Positions 50,479-62,560 of a stretch of DNA of 64,000 nt are shown here, in pieces (the stretch's first letter is position 1; the number at the start of each line of letters is the position of its first letter). A program made the position numbers and the translations under genes. Under the pieces are notes generated by a model that was not told where the DNA came from, searched no databases, and saw only the letters and a program-made list of their open reading frames with translations. Source of the stretch: Glaucostegus cemiculus (Eukaryota); NCBI GenBank assembly GCA_976551045.1, contig CDPCPM010000021.1, positions 1,736,001 through 1,800,000 on the forward strand, given 5' to 3'.

Positions 50479-50628
50479 GCAACTCATTGCTCCAACCACC
50501 TATGGAAGAGGGCTGTTGAAGGTGGAATTCTTTGCGGCCATGATCGATGCTGTCCCCTGACCGCCTGGCAGGAGGCAGATTTCTGCCGAGCTGGCAGTGG
50601 ATGTTCACTGGGTATCTGCCATTTAGAA
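50479..50628 (+). ncRNA. Candidate 150-nt exon of the miR-181 host transcript
   Basis: Strong acceptor TTTCTTTTCTTATCTCCATAG| and donor GAA|GTGAGT; locally GC-richer; 3 kb upstream of the miRNAs on the same strand. Confidence 0.45.
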
Positions 50629-53600
50629 GTGAGTAGCTTTGTGCATTAAGAATTAGACGTAGCTCATAGCTTCAGACAACTTGGGATGCCTTGCCAACTT
50701 GAACCTAATTAGGCACGATGCCACCAACTCACGTCTACAGCTACTCCTTAAACTCTCTGCTTTGTCATTTCAACAGAACTGCAGCTATATAATATAACAT
50801 AAATCAATCGTCCAAACAGGGAATTATTTTAAAGTTCCGATTGCCAAGCATAATAAAAGTTTACAGGTCTAATGTGCAAAGCAGACAACTGGAACCATTC
50901 CAAAATAGTTGCTCACAATACTCTTCAACAACTTAACGTTGCTTGCTCCCTCCCTCTGCCTCCATCTCCACCCTATCAACACTGCCATTCTGATTCCATC
51001 CCGGAGGGGTAATAATTCAATTTTGACTGGGCTATTTACTGTTTTAAATGTATTTTAGAGACCATTTGGCATTTGAGGGTTCTTGAATATGCTTTAATTG
51101 ATTGTGAAAGTCAGTCATTAGTGCGTTATACTGAAATCTTCCCAGCAAAATACTAAAGGGAAATTACATCTTTAAGCCATTATCTTGGCTGCTGCACCCT
51201 TGCCAGACCTGAACCCTAGAGTGTGAGCAGCAGTTATATTTGAACCTGATCATTAAGGAAGCTATTCCCTGCGTTTGGTGGATTTAAAGCCCCTGTGTTG
51301 GCTAGAAAGAAGCAAACAAATCAAATCTTACTGCGACGACATAAGCGCTGAGAACTGACATTTTCTGTTATCCTCTGAGAATGAACATTAGCTTTGGAAC
51401 AATGTCAAAGCCAAGCTGTTATTCCAAACAATACATTCGGCAGTTTCAGTAATCTAGGCAAGTCTCTTATAAGGCTACCTCAACCCAACACCATTTAAAA
51501 AGGTCAGCATTACCTTTAAAAAAACAATTTTAACCTTAAAAAATGATCAAATGTTGACAGCTGTTGTCAATTGGGTTTCCTTGTTGTTCAGTAAGGAAAA
51601 AAGTTAATCATTATTTCAGTTTGATTTGCTGATGAAACCAAAGTCTTAATTGTGGAGTAATAGTTTAGCTCCTTCTCTGGAGACCTTGAGGAGATGGTCT
51701 ATGTGGACACATCAATTCAATGCCAATAGAGTGTGATGCAATCAGAAGTATTACTTTGTCGATTGGAGGGGAGAGAGAGAAGAGGAAGGACAATGATGAG
51801 CAAACATCAGGTGTTATTAGAAAAGCAGGGATTTCTCTTGGCATATTGGCCGACATTCCTCCCTCATTATCCCTGCCAAAAACACAGTAAGATGACAGTT
51901 GTGCAATATATCCACATTTTATTCATAGCTAATTTCTAAATGTGTTGGATTACAGAAAGGATCCAGGGAATATGACTGAAATCTTTCCATTACTGATCTT
52001 TTTTGCATTCTATGACTAGACTTTCTATGAAAAGTACCAACAGTTTCTATAGAGTAGTTTCATCAATGGTAATAAGTTGTTTTCAAAGCATCTCTGAGAC
52101 TTTCCCAAGTAATTCTGTTCTATTACTGGTCAGGGAGCACTGGGGTCATATTAATAAAATTTAATCATTTATTTTGTTTTACTTCATAAATGAAATTGAA
52201 CATCTTCCTATCATCACCAATCTTGAACAGGGAAGCAAATATTTGTGACTTTACAGGAATACATAACACAGTAGAAATGCTTTCATTGCATTTTGTTTGT
52301 TATAGCAGTGGTTTGAGTCTTGAGTTAACCACTAAAATTTCTTGTGTCTGGGTCACCCAAACCTTAGTCCCTGTTCTGGAAGCTACAGACAAGCAAATCC
52401 TTTATAATTATACACTGTGCACAAACTGTATGAGTGGAAATTTTAAATCATTCCACATCTCCAAATTGGGTTCAAACAACTCACTGGTCCAGTCCGATGC
52501 CTTTGGGTTTATATTCTGCTTTTAAAAGGTCTTATGATCTTATACACTCATGCACACATGCCTGTAACCCACACATTTGTCATCTTTCAATGGAAGGAAG
52601 GTACAGTTGCACAAAAGTTCATAGAAGACCTTGCACAAAGTTGTTAAACTGCCATCATACTGGCTTACTGCCAACTATGTTGCAAATTCATCTCACATCA
52701 TTCTTTAGACCTCAATCCAAATGACAGTCAAATTATTTTTTTTCTGCAGAAAAACCTGCCAGAGCCTTTTTTCTGTATTTAGCCGAAAAAAGCTCCTTGG
52801 GTTTACTCACTGCAAATGCAGGGAATTTACAACTACTTTAACAGATGCCAAGCTGTAACATAAAACCCAGAACCTGAATGGGTCACGCTAACCTACTTTA
52901 CCATAAACAGACTGTAATCATGCAAAACAGCATAATTCGCATGTGCTGTGGTCACCCTGTATGCCATCTAACCACAAAGAACCAAGCTGGTGAAAACTGC
53001 TGTGGGTTAAATATTCTATGTGGATTCTTCCTTTGTGCATACATTTTAAATACGTCGTTTCAACGTCTGTATGATTAATCATCTATTTCCTTTGTGCGGA
53101 TTCCAGACTTTTATCCACAGGCAATGCAGTGTATTAGTCAAAAAGCATGCTATTTGAAAAGGAATTTCTTTGTAAAATGTATTTCTTGCTGTCACCATTG
53201 TTCATTTAATTGCCTTTTCTCCCAAACTTTCCATTCTTAAAAGGTTGATTTTTTTCCTCTCGATGGGAGTGATGGTGGGGGTTAAAGGTGTGGGGGTGGG
53301 GGGGAGTGTTGACGAAAAATGTCTTTCAGTGAAAGCAATCAATCATTGCCTCCTCACATTGTTAGAGCCCTACAGACTGTAATAGCAAGGGGAATTTTTT
53401 GCATGCAAACAGATTTTAAATATTTCTAAAATGATTTATTCAATTAGAGAATGCTCTTTGTGAGCTCCTGGCTCAGAATTCTTGCCATTTTTTTTTGCAG
53501 CTTTAACTGAGTAGAATACCTTTGTGTCAGAAAATTGCAAAAGAATTGCATGCCATAGACAATGAATTAGAGCCTTTTACAAAAATCTCTCAGCTTCTGG

Positions 53601-53638
53601 ATTTTTTTTTCCTCCCTTTAAATTGTTACGTTTACTGG

Positions 53639-53719
53639 TGGCTTCAGGGAACATTCAACGCTGTCGGTGAGTTTGATGCTATGGAGAAACCATCGACCGT
53701 TGATTGTACCTTGTAGCCA
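53639..53719 (+). ncRNA. mir-181a: microRNA precursor miR-181a (5p 53650-53672; 3p 53689-53710)
   Basis: AACATTCAACGCTGTCGGTGAGT is canonical miR-181a-5p. ACCATCGACCGTTGATTGTACC is miR-181a-3p (a-1 type, old name miR-213). Lower stem TGGCTTCAGGG pairs with CCTTGTAGCCA. Confidence 0.98.
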
Positions 53720-53853
53720 GCCTCTTTCAACTGCCTTTGGGCTAGTTCAGGCCACATAGATTGGTCTGAAACCTATTTTCTGTTTGTTATGACGGATGCT
53801 AACACGATCATTACAGATAATTTCGGGGAATGTGGAAAACAAGTTCCTGCAAA

Positions 53854-53932
53854 GGTCACAATCAACATTCATTGCTGTCGGTGGGTTTAACTATATGGTA
53901 AAGCTCGCTGAACAATGAATGCAACTGTGGCC
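53854..53932 (+). ncRNA. mir-181b: microRNA precursor miR-181b (5p 53864-53886; 3p about 53904-53924)
   Basis: AACATTCATTGCTGTCGGTGGGT is canonical miR-181b-5p. The 3p arm is CTCGCTGAACAATGAATGCAA and the basal stem is GGTCACA/TGTGGCC. It starts 214 nt downstream of miR-181a-5p. Confidence 0.98.
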
Positions 53933-56900
53933 CAGATTTTAGCAACGGCACCTACAGAATCTACATTGGACAAGACAGAGCTGGGATAGGTTATGATCCA
54001 AGGATGACTTGTACAAAGATAATGCTTGTTTATATTTTGCATACTTTCATATGTAGACAAGATATTAGCAATCAATGTTATTTACTCATAATTACTACAA
54101 ATCACGTGATGATAAAACCCTCATCTGGAATTGATCAGTGAACTTAACGCATTTTGTAGCTTTTAACATTGAAACCTGATTTTAACAAATACTCTGTTGC
54201 GACTTCCTGAAAGCCTTGGTCTTGTGACTGAGATGTCAGTTAGAAAGTGGAGATTACAAAAGAGTACCCCGTAGTACAGGCACATTGTGAAAATTACTGA
54301 GTGAACATTCTTTCCAAATCTTTCACCATTGAAAAAGATAAGAATTCCTGTTTGTTATGAAACAGATGTCACAAAGTGAGATGATTTTTGCCAGATGACT
54401 GTAGAAAAGGCCGAACCAGCCTAATGCAAATAAAGGTTCTTTCAAGCATTTGAACTAAATCAAGTATCTGAATAGTTGATCCTAGTTGGAATGGATCAAA
54501 AATGCTTTCTGGTTCAAGCCAGTTGGAGTTTGAGCCATTTGGAGTATTCTTTTCACCCAGTTCCTACTGGACTTGCTAGGCACGACTGGTGTTGAATTCA
54601 GCTGCTCTGTCTGGCTTGGCCCCAACTAAATTAGTTCCCCTATTCGCTGCAGTAATATTACATAATATCAAACAAGCATCACCAATATCTCCAAGAGTCC
54701 CAGCTCAGCTGCAGAGTACACACCATGTCTTTCACCAAATGCTTTCTTTCACTGAACTGTATATTTATGTATGATAAAAATGTAACAGAAAATAAACTTT
54801 GCATCTGTCTTCTTGCAAAAAAGTACTTGAGGCTTCCTTATTCTATACATGTGGCACGTGAAAATGAAGTAGTTATAGTAACTTGCCATAAACTTTATTC
54901 AGTAGGTATACTGATAAAGAAAACGTGCTTTGCTAGTATTTGAAATACTTGAGACATTGGCTGCCAAAACAAATATTTAAGGTGTCATGTTGTACTTTGG
55001 GATGTTCGACTGAGCATATTCTGCACCATTATGCTGGAGATATGATCTCCTTAAATCCAAAGTCTATTCATTTAGTTTCCTTTCATTGACAACTAACTGA
55101 ACTGTCTGCAATATGATTTTCCCTTCCTCGTCCCCTAACACTGTACTGTAACATCTGCTATTGGCTTTAAAGCACTTCGGGATATGCCAAGTTTGTGAAA
55201 GGTGCTTTACATACTTTTTAAAGTTTTTTTATAGTCTTTCAGGCCAGTAGTGTTCATTTTATTCCCTTCCCACTGTCTGAGATTGTGAAACCATCTCAAA
55301 TTCACTTTAATGCACAAAAAAAGAGTTTGTTGCAGAAATCAGGCATTTAAAATAAACCTAATCAAGAAAAATCATGCTTCATCTGCAAGAAATGTATAAA
55401 CCCCAAAGAGGTTATGTGCAAAATAAAGGAGAGAGAGAAATTGAGTAAGGATTTAATTGTTCCTGACCGTATTTGCACTTGGGTTTAACCTTTGTGGAAA
55501 TTATTTTCAAGATTATTCTTTTTATGAAGCAGGTTTGAAGAAGGGAAGATAAATTTTATATAAACTTTTAATGTACGTCTTGAAATCTTAAAAAATTTTG
55601 ACGATCAGTCAGAATTCTTAAAGATTGGAATAAATTACTGAATTTGTTTCATCTCAAGCAAGTATAACTTACAGACTTGCATTGTATTTTATTCTTCATG
55701 GCAAAACTAACAAGTTTAAAACAGAATGCATTTGGTAACTCCAGGCCTGATCCTCAGCATCCTTTCCAATTGTGGATAGTCTCATCAGTTTGCATCATCT
55801 TGTCCTAAGCAATGCCCAGGTACTTACTTCCATTGGGAAATGGGAGCACTGACCAATTTTCAACTCAGCTGTGTTCCAAATCTCCATCCCAGACTAGACA
55901 TACTTCTGGAACTATGTTAGAAACCTTTAGTTAGGACAAAGAATTATATTTAATGTTTTATTATAGAGTTTTATTATATATTTTTTAATGTGTAGTCTGT
56001 TAAAAAGTAATAGATGACATTTAAAATCATATTACATTTGCTGGTATTAGTTGTGTTATCTTTGGTAATATTTAGGATTTATTCCACTGCAATGGTAGAA
56101 AATGCACCATTAGATATAACAAAATTTTAAATATTACAGAAAATCAGTAGTATTTTAATCTGATTTTCCTAAAATGAAAATTATTTGCTTGCTGTATTCT
56201 TTATGCAGACTTAACTTGTTTTAAATGCTTTAATTATACTTTCCATTTGTTTGAATGGTATATTTTTCAATAACTTGAGTTGGCTCATTTAATTAAATTG
56301 TACTTTGCTAACTATTTAACAACTCACCATTGAAGACAATGACAGGGAAGTGATTAGTTGCCTTTGCTCTCACAGAAGAATAATCCAGAACATTTAAAAC
56401 AGACATACCTGTCTTAGATGTTACAATTAAACTCATACCAACACAAATTTTCAGTCACTACTTTAAACTATCTTAAAGCATCACGTACCATTTGTATGGT
56501 TCAGTAAAGTTTGAAAGTTAGCAATGGGGACACCTTGGTAATATTTGGGAGTCCTCCATGAAAATAGAATAGACTGCACTAGAGTTCCTAAAAATAAAAG
56601 ACAGACTGATGTGGTTCAGAGTTACGAGCTGGTTAGACCAAATTTGTATGTGCCCTGCTAAATATTTGGACTGGAAGCCTACTGTCAGTACAGCCCATTG
56701 AAGCAGGCTAGTTTGTAGATGTTAAACATAGTAATATGTGGAATATTAACTACTTAAATATCCCATTTTCGAGTATAACAGATGTGATTGAGAAATCACC
56801 ACAAGGCTGCAAACCCAGTGTTGCTGATTTAGTTCAAATGGAGCAGCAACATTTGTCCCAGGAGCAGACACATTTAATTAGAGATATCCTTTGAAATGAA

Positions 56901-59486
56901 TTCAAAAGGCAGCATGAGCAAAGCTTGAGAAGTTCAACAGAATATTTCTGATGTTTTTCTGAAAACAGCACGTGTAATTCTTATGCAAAAAGAAACTTCT
57001 TGAAAATAATAACATGTAACACTTCAGACATCACGATGTAATGTGGAATAATATCAAAAGAAATGAACTTAGCTATTTGTGGGTTTTTTTTCTTTATGAA
57101 AATTTCCTGCTGTACAGTCTTTTTCCTGTCTGCATACTTCTTGAGCAACAATAACTTTCAATTGGTTTCAGACTGCATTAAGCAGCAGATTTTGTGGTCT
57201 TAAAGAGACAGGCTAACCTTGAAAGTTGCTCGATTAGCAGCCTACTTATGCAGCGTCATTCAACTTAACTGTGCATAATCGAATGGAATATCTGCTAATT
57301 AATTATTCTTTTTCAAATATTCTAAAAAAGCACACAATGAATTGAATAAATTACAATGTGTAGTTTGTCAGAACTCTTGAGTGTCAGGTCTAATTACTGC
57401 CAGGAGTATTGATTCTTAGCCACCGTTTAACCACAATACTGCAGAGTTCTCCTCCGCAGTGACAGATGGCAAATGTAGAGAATTATTGATGCAAACAAAC
57501 ATGTTTTTCTTGGAAATCAGTAAATTTATTTCATGTTACACGCCAAACCATATTTTTAGGAACAACAGAATGAGTGATAGAATCCCTTTACTGTGGAAGG
57601 CTGTGCAAGTGTCCAATGAATGAGGAGTATACTTTGTTTCTGCTGGGTAAGCTGCAGAACTCTAAGTCAGACTTCCATCAAATCTTAAAGAGTATTCACT
57701 GCACCAGTTTCATTATGCCTCCTTTGGATTCTGATTTGAAAATATATTAAACCACACGAGGCAGCCCAGCCAACTTAGCACAATGTCGCTGATCCAGAAA
57801 ATAGTCATTCCCCAGAATAAAATAACTAAAAGGAATCATCTTAAAGAAGGCAAGTTATAATGACTTATTGTATTATTCATTCTCCAGTTTTCTCGCCAGA
57901 AACATGTAGGGTTTTTTTTTGGACATGTAACCTATCAATACAAAGATCAAAAGTGGAGTAACCAGTAGAGCAGTGATTGCACGCATCAGGGGTTTTGATA
58001 TATGGAATGTTGTTTCTAAATGCTTCGATGAGCTGAGAGTTAATTCAGCTGATGCTGTTTACTGTAATTTACAAAGTACCATAACAAAAACAGTGCAGTC
58101 TTCTAAGCATTGGAACCTTTAAATAATCTTAATGAATTATAAATCTACACAAAATTCTAGCAGGGTATTTACTCAAAGTCAAACAAAATTATGTAAATTT
58201 AGTGCAAATTATATCTGAAATCTTGTGTGTAACAATCAGATGTTTGCAACAATGCACTTGCCAGGTAATACAGATCGTAATAATGAAGAACATGGGTTAC
58301 AATATAGGCAGAAAGATTCACAGATTAACTGGAAAGATTGCGGGATCATTGCTGACTGTTGCATGTTACGAATAGCCTCTGCACTCCAAAGTATGCCTAC
58401 AGGATATCGTGGGGGCAAATTTACGGGGCTATACTGACGTGAACAAATCTCCCTACCCCCTACCACAGGATTAACATTTGTCTGCTGTAAATACAACAGG
58501 CAATCAAGAGGTTTGTCCACATACAATGCCTGCACTATTATTTTGGGACAGTGTACTCCATACAATGCCTGTTCTTATCCTGGCATAGTTAAACACACAT
58601 CAGCAGTAGGATGCATCCCACCTATGCCCACACACAATCCTACTTAAAAGAGTTAATCAATATCAGTTGCTGTTTTTTTTTAGTTGCTGCTGTGATTCTA
58701 CAAGCACTTGGTGTTTTATACAGTTCAAATTGCAGGAGTCTACAAGGAGACTCTGTAGCATCTCCAGGAGACTCTGTGTGCTGGGTGCTGCAGAGCCGTT
58801 GGTGACTTCAAGGTTTCTGCACAATCTACATGCTCCCAGACATGGGGAAGTGAGTGGGCATTCTCCTTTGAATGCAACATGACTGGGAAAATAAGTTGCT
58901 TTAGCTATTACAACGTGAAGAAGGGGAGGGCGAGAGGAATAGTTGTCAGGAGGCTTTTTCCACCTGAGGTGTTCAGGGAGTAAATTTCTTTCTTCAAACT
59001 CGGTAACGTATGATGTGCAGGGTGTCTGCTGTAGTAAGGACACCCTCGCTGAAATGTGTCATTTGTTGCAGCCACTACTTCCAAATTTTAGAGCCGGGCA
59101 AGGACCGACTTGCCAGGACTAACCACGCTAATGAGTTCTCCAGTGCATACTTGGACAACAGGCATATAACAACTGGCGTGCAGCCACATGAAATCCGATG
59201 GAGCAGATCATCTGCATGCTGAACCAAAATTTCCATCAACTGCTTGGTTGGATTTTGACTTATTAGAGCTCCTTTCCCATTCTCAGGACATTCCATAAAA
59301 TGCTCCATAATGAAGTACTTTAGATATGTGGCCACTATTAGAGAGGATAAGTGCTGCAAAGCTCGGCAAAGCATTTCACATTCATGGTCCACCACATGCT
59401 CCAAAACATTGCCATCAAGGTTAGGCAGCTCATGCCATCAGTGAAATGGTCGAGGATCAAGGGGAGGAGGAAACCCAGATAGGCAC

Positions 59487-59728
59487 TTTTTTTTATTTAC
59501 AGCGTGGTAACAGGCCCTTTCGGCCCAACGAGTCCACGCCGCCCATTTTTTAAATCCCAAATTAACCTACCCATACGTCTTTAGATTGTGGGAGGAAACT
59601 GGAGCACCCGGAGGAAACCCACGCAGACACGGGAGAACGTACAAGCTCCTTACAGACAGTGACAGGAATCGAACCCCGATCGCTGGCGCTGTAACAGCGT
59701 CGCGCTAACCGCTACGCTATCGTGCCGC
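59487..59728 (-). mobile_element. Young full-length tRNA-derived V-SINE/HE1-like SINE
   Basis: The reverse complement begins GCGGCACGATAGCGTAGCGGTTAGCGCG, has B box GGTTCGATTCC and an A-rich tail; same subfamily as 41312-41563. Confidence 0.93.
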
Positions 59729-60042
59729 TCAAGTCTGTGCTCAAGTCTGTGATACTTGTGTAAAACCAGTGACTACAACTATAATTCCCCACCCAACAAA
59801 AGTTCACAACTTCACTTGGTCACTGGCCAATGCCTGACCACAGTGCAAACAGGAGAAAACAATCGCCAAATGAACATTTCAACCCTAAGTTATAAATACA
59901 ATCATACCATGCTTTTCGTAGATATCAACTCATTGTCCTTGCACATATTTTAGTGCCTTTACCAATCCTCGACCCCCATCACCGTGCTATCCAGTGACTG
60001 TGGCAAAGAGGGGTCCAAAACAGTTGACTTGCAACGGCCAAG

Positions 60043-60340
60043 AGGGCACCACAGTGGCACATCTCGTAAAGCTGCTGCCTCACAGCCCCAGTGACCTAGG
60101 TTCAATCCCGACCTCTGCTGCTCTCTGTGTGGAGTTTGCACGTTCTCCCTTTGACGATGTGAGTTTCCCCCAGGTATTCTGGTTTCCTCCTGAATCCCAA
60201 AGAGGTGCTGGCTAACTGACCTCTGTAGATATTGCAAGTGGTAGAATCTGGGGAACATAGGGAGAATAAATTGAGATGAGTGTAATGGGTCCTTGAGGGT
60301 CAGTGTGGACAGTAGGCTAAAAAGCCTATTTCCATGCCCT
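60043..60340 (+). mobile_element. Older V-SINE/HE1-like SINE
   Basis: GCTGCTGCCTCACAGCCCCAGTGACCTAGGTTCAATCCCGACCTC...TGTGTGGAGTTTGCACGTTCTCCC. Confidence 0.85.
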
Positions 60341-61059
60341 AGGACTCTGTAAGACTCCAGACAACCTCGATGGATACCCTCAAATCACCCTGGGCCTGGC
60401 TGGCTCTCATTGTTGATCTTCCACTGCTTGCGGGTCTTAGGCATGGGAAAAGAGGAAAGCACAAGGATAAGTAGTGAATAGCAGATGATGTGGTGGTTAT
60501 GGCTGACTAGCCAACAGAGTGAAGCTTGCAGCAGTGTTAGGGTGTGGGGATAAGATATACAAGAGGTGATTGAGCAGTTAACGAGGCCACAGTGGATCAG
60601 ATATGACATCCAATGATGTGCCTTGACCTCTTGTGCAAATTCTTGCAGAATTGTGTCCAGGTTTGCAGAAGATGCTTGGTCTGCTTGCACTGCCTTCCAA
60701 CACTGTTTGGGGAGCCTATGGGATCCTTGCAGAATATAGGACCTCTCTCCTACTCTGCACCCCTTCTTCCAAGGGTTCCAGTGCAACATCCATAAATATG
60801 TCCGTGGAACAGTTCTTCCAATTTTGGCACAAGACCCTCGGATGTTAAAGAGAGCCTGACAACATAACTGAGTTGGTTTACTGTCATCATGCTGGAACCT
60901 GTTGCCAGGGTGGGTATCCTTGGTTTATACAAAATGTAGTTCTGTTACAGCAGTCTTGAAGCAATTGGGCACCTTTTCAGAGCATAGCTGAAGCAGGTCA
61001 GAGGTCACATCTAAGCCAAGTAGGATAAAGTAGCACTGGACACACTCCAGAAGGAATTC

Positions 61060-61510
61060 ACTACACTAATCCTTGGGATGAGAAGGTTGTCCTATCATTA
61101 ATAGCTAAAAAAAAGTTAGATCTATCTTTCTTGGAGTTTAGAAGAATGAGGGGTGACCTTACTGAAACATGCAAGATCCAGGTGTTTGGTGTTGAGGTGT
61201 TTCTGCAAGTAGGAGAGTCTTGAATGAAGAGAAACAAAACAAGGGGTTGGTCATTTAAAACCAAGGTATACAGGAATTTCTTCCCACAGAGGGTGGTGAA
61301 TCTATGGAATTCTCTATCCCAGAAGATTGTAGAGGTTAGAACAATGGAGATAGTTAAAGGTGGAGGAAGTAGATAAATTTTTGAAAAATGAAGGTAATGA
61401 ACTGGCACAGGGAAGGAGTTGAGGCCTGGGGCAGATTAGCCATGATGACATTGAATGGCAGGACGGGCTTGAGGAGCCAGGTGGTCTACTCCTCCTATTT
61501 TCTAGTGTTC
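61060..61510 (+). mobile_element. CR1 LINE 3' end
   Basis: LEFRRMRGDLTETCKI and RNFFPQRVVNLWNSL motifs; tail TGAATGGCAGGACGGGCTTGAGGAGCC. Confidence 0.88.
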
Positions 61511-61519
61511 CTCGGGAGT

Positions 61520-61700
61520 AGGTTATCCGACCCAAAGTGATATAAGTGAACCAGCTGAGTTTTTATGAAATTTTCTAGTTTCATCATCACCGTTACTGAT
61601 ACCAAGTTTTTCTTCCAGATGAATGAACTGAATTTAAATTTGATCATAGTCCCTGGACTACTAGTGCGATAACAACTTCCATGGTACGGTGCCAGTAGTA
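61520..61700 (-). mobile_element. SINE 5' fragment, antisense
   Basis: TTTCATCATCACCGTTACTGATACCAAG..TTCCAGAT..CTGAATTTAAATT...CTGGACTACTAGT resembles a recalled chondrichthyan tRNA-SINE head in reverse. Confidence 0.55.
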
Positions 61701-61869
61701 AAAATTTCACTTGGAATGAAGGGGTGGTGTCTCAACCTGCACAAATGAAGAAGATAGTGATTGGTGGAGATTAATCACCTCCGTCCCACAACATTGCTGC
61801 AGAATACCTCTGGGCGATTTGCTAGCCCCATCTCTCTCCTGCTTCATCAGTGAACAAATGTACCTCATT

Positions 61870-62560
61870 AGGTCAGTTCCATTTGAAACTCCTAAGATAA
61901 CAAAACTATCCATTTCTGCATGCAACAAGGGTAACATTCCAGCATGGCTGATAAGTGCCAAGCAACGTTCATATTACATAAATGCCAGCCTATAATTATT
62001 CTGAACAAGAGAAAGTCTAAAACATTTTCTTTTAACATTTAGGTCTATTCCCTTCATCAAATCCCACTGATCAGACTTACCTAGATCAACGACATGTAAC
62101 CTGGCTACAGGAGCAAGTCAGATGTTGAGTATTCTGAAGTAAGTGATCATTTTTCGACTCCCCAAACACTTGCTGACAGCACTCAACCAGTTCAACATCT
62201 CCCAGAGCAAAGCTGCCCACTTGATTGGCACCCAATTCATCACCTTAAAGCAATATTTTTTTCAAGTAATGACCCAAGGTGGCTGCAGTGGGTATCACAT
62301 AAAAGCACTGCAGCAAGTTGGAAAGGATTCTTTGACAGCATCGTAAAATCCTGTGTCCTTTATCACCTAAAGTGACAAGGATAACAGGTGCATAGTAACA
62401 CTACTATCTCAGAGTTATCCTCCAACTCAAATTTCAGGAGTTCCCGAACAACATCGTGGGAATACTTAAAGCGCAGAGATTTTGCCACCATCCTTTCAAG
62501 GGTATTTAGGGATGGATAATAAATACTGCCATGGAGCCACAGCCCATTAATGAATAAGAA
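61870..62560 (+). mobile_element. Decayed non-LTR retrotransposon (same family as 16895-17610)
   Basis: ATGCAACAAG..AACATTCCAGCATGGCTGATAAGTG (QQ..NI.AWADK), CCAGAGCAAAGCTGCCCACTTGATTGGCACCC, tail AGGGATGGATAATAAATACTG. Confidence 0.7.

Noticed and set aside
59727-59751. 12-bp tandem duplication GCTCAAGTCTGT at a SINE end as a possible target-site duplication
   Set aside because: Both copies are on the same side of the element, so this is a simple local slippage.
60385-60932. Cluster of overlapping ORFs up to 134 aa
   Set aside because: It sits between decayed repeats with no recognisable domain; probably old transposon-derived or chance ORFs.
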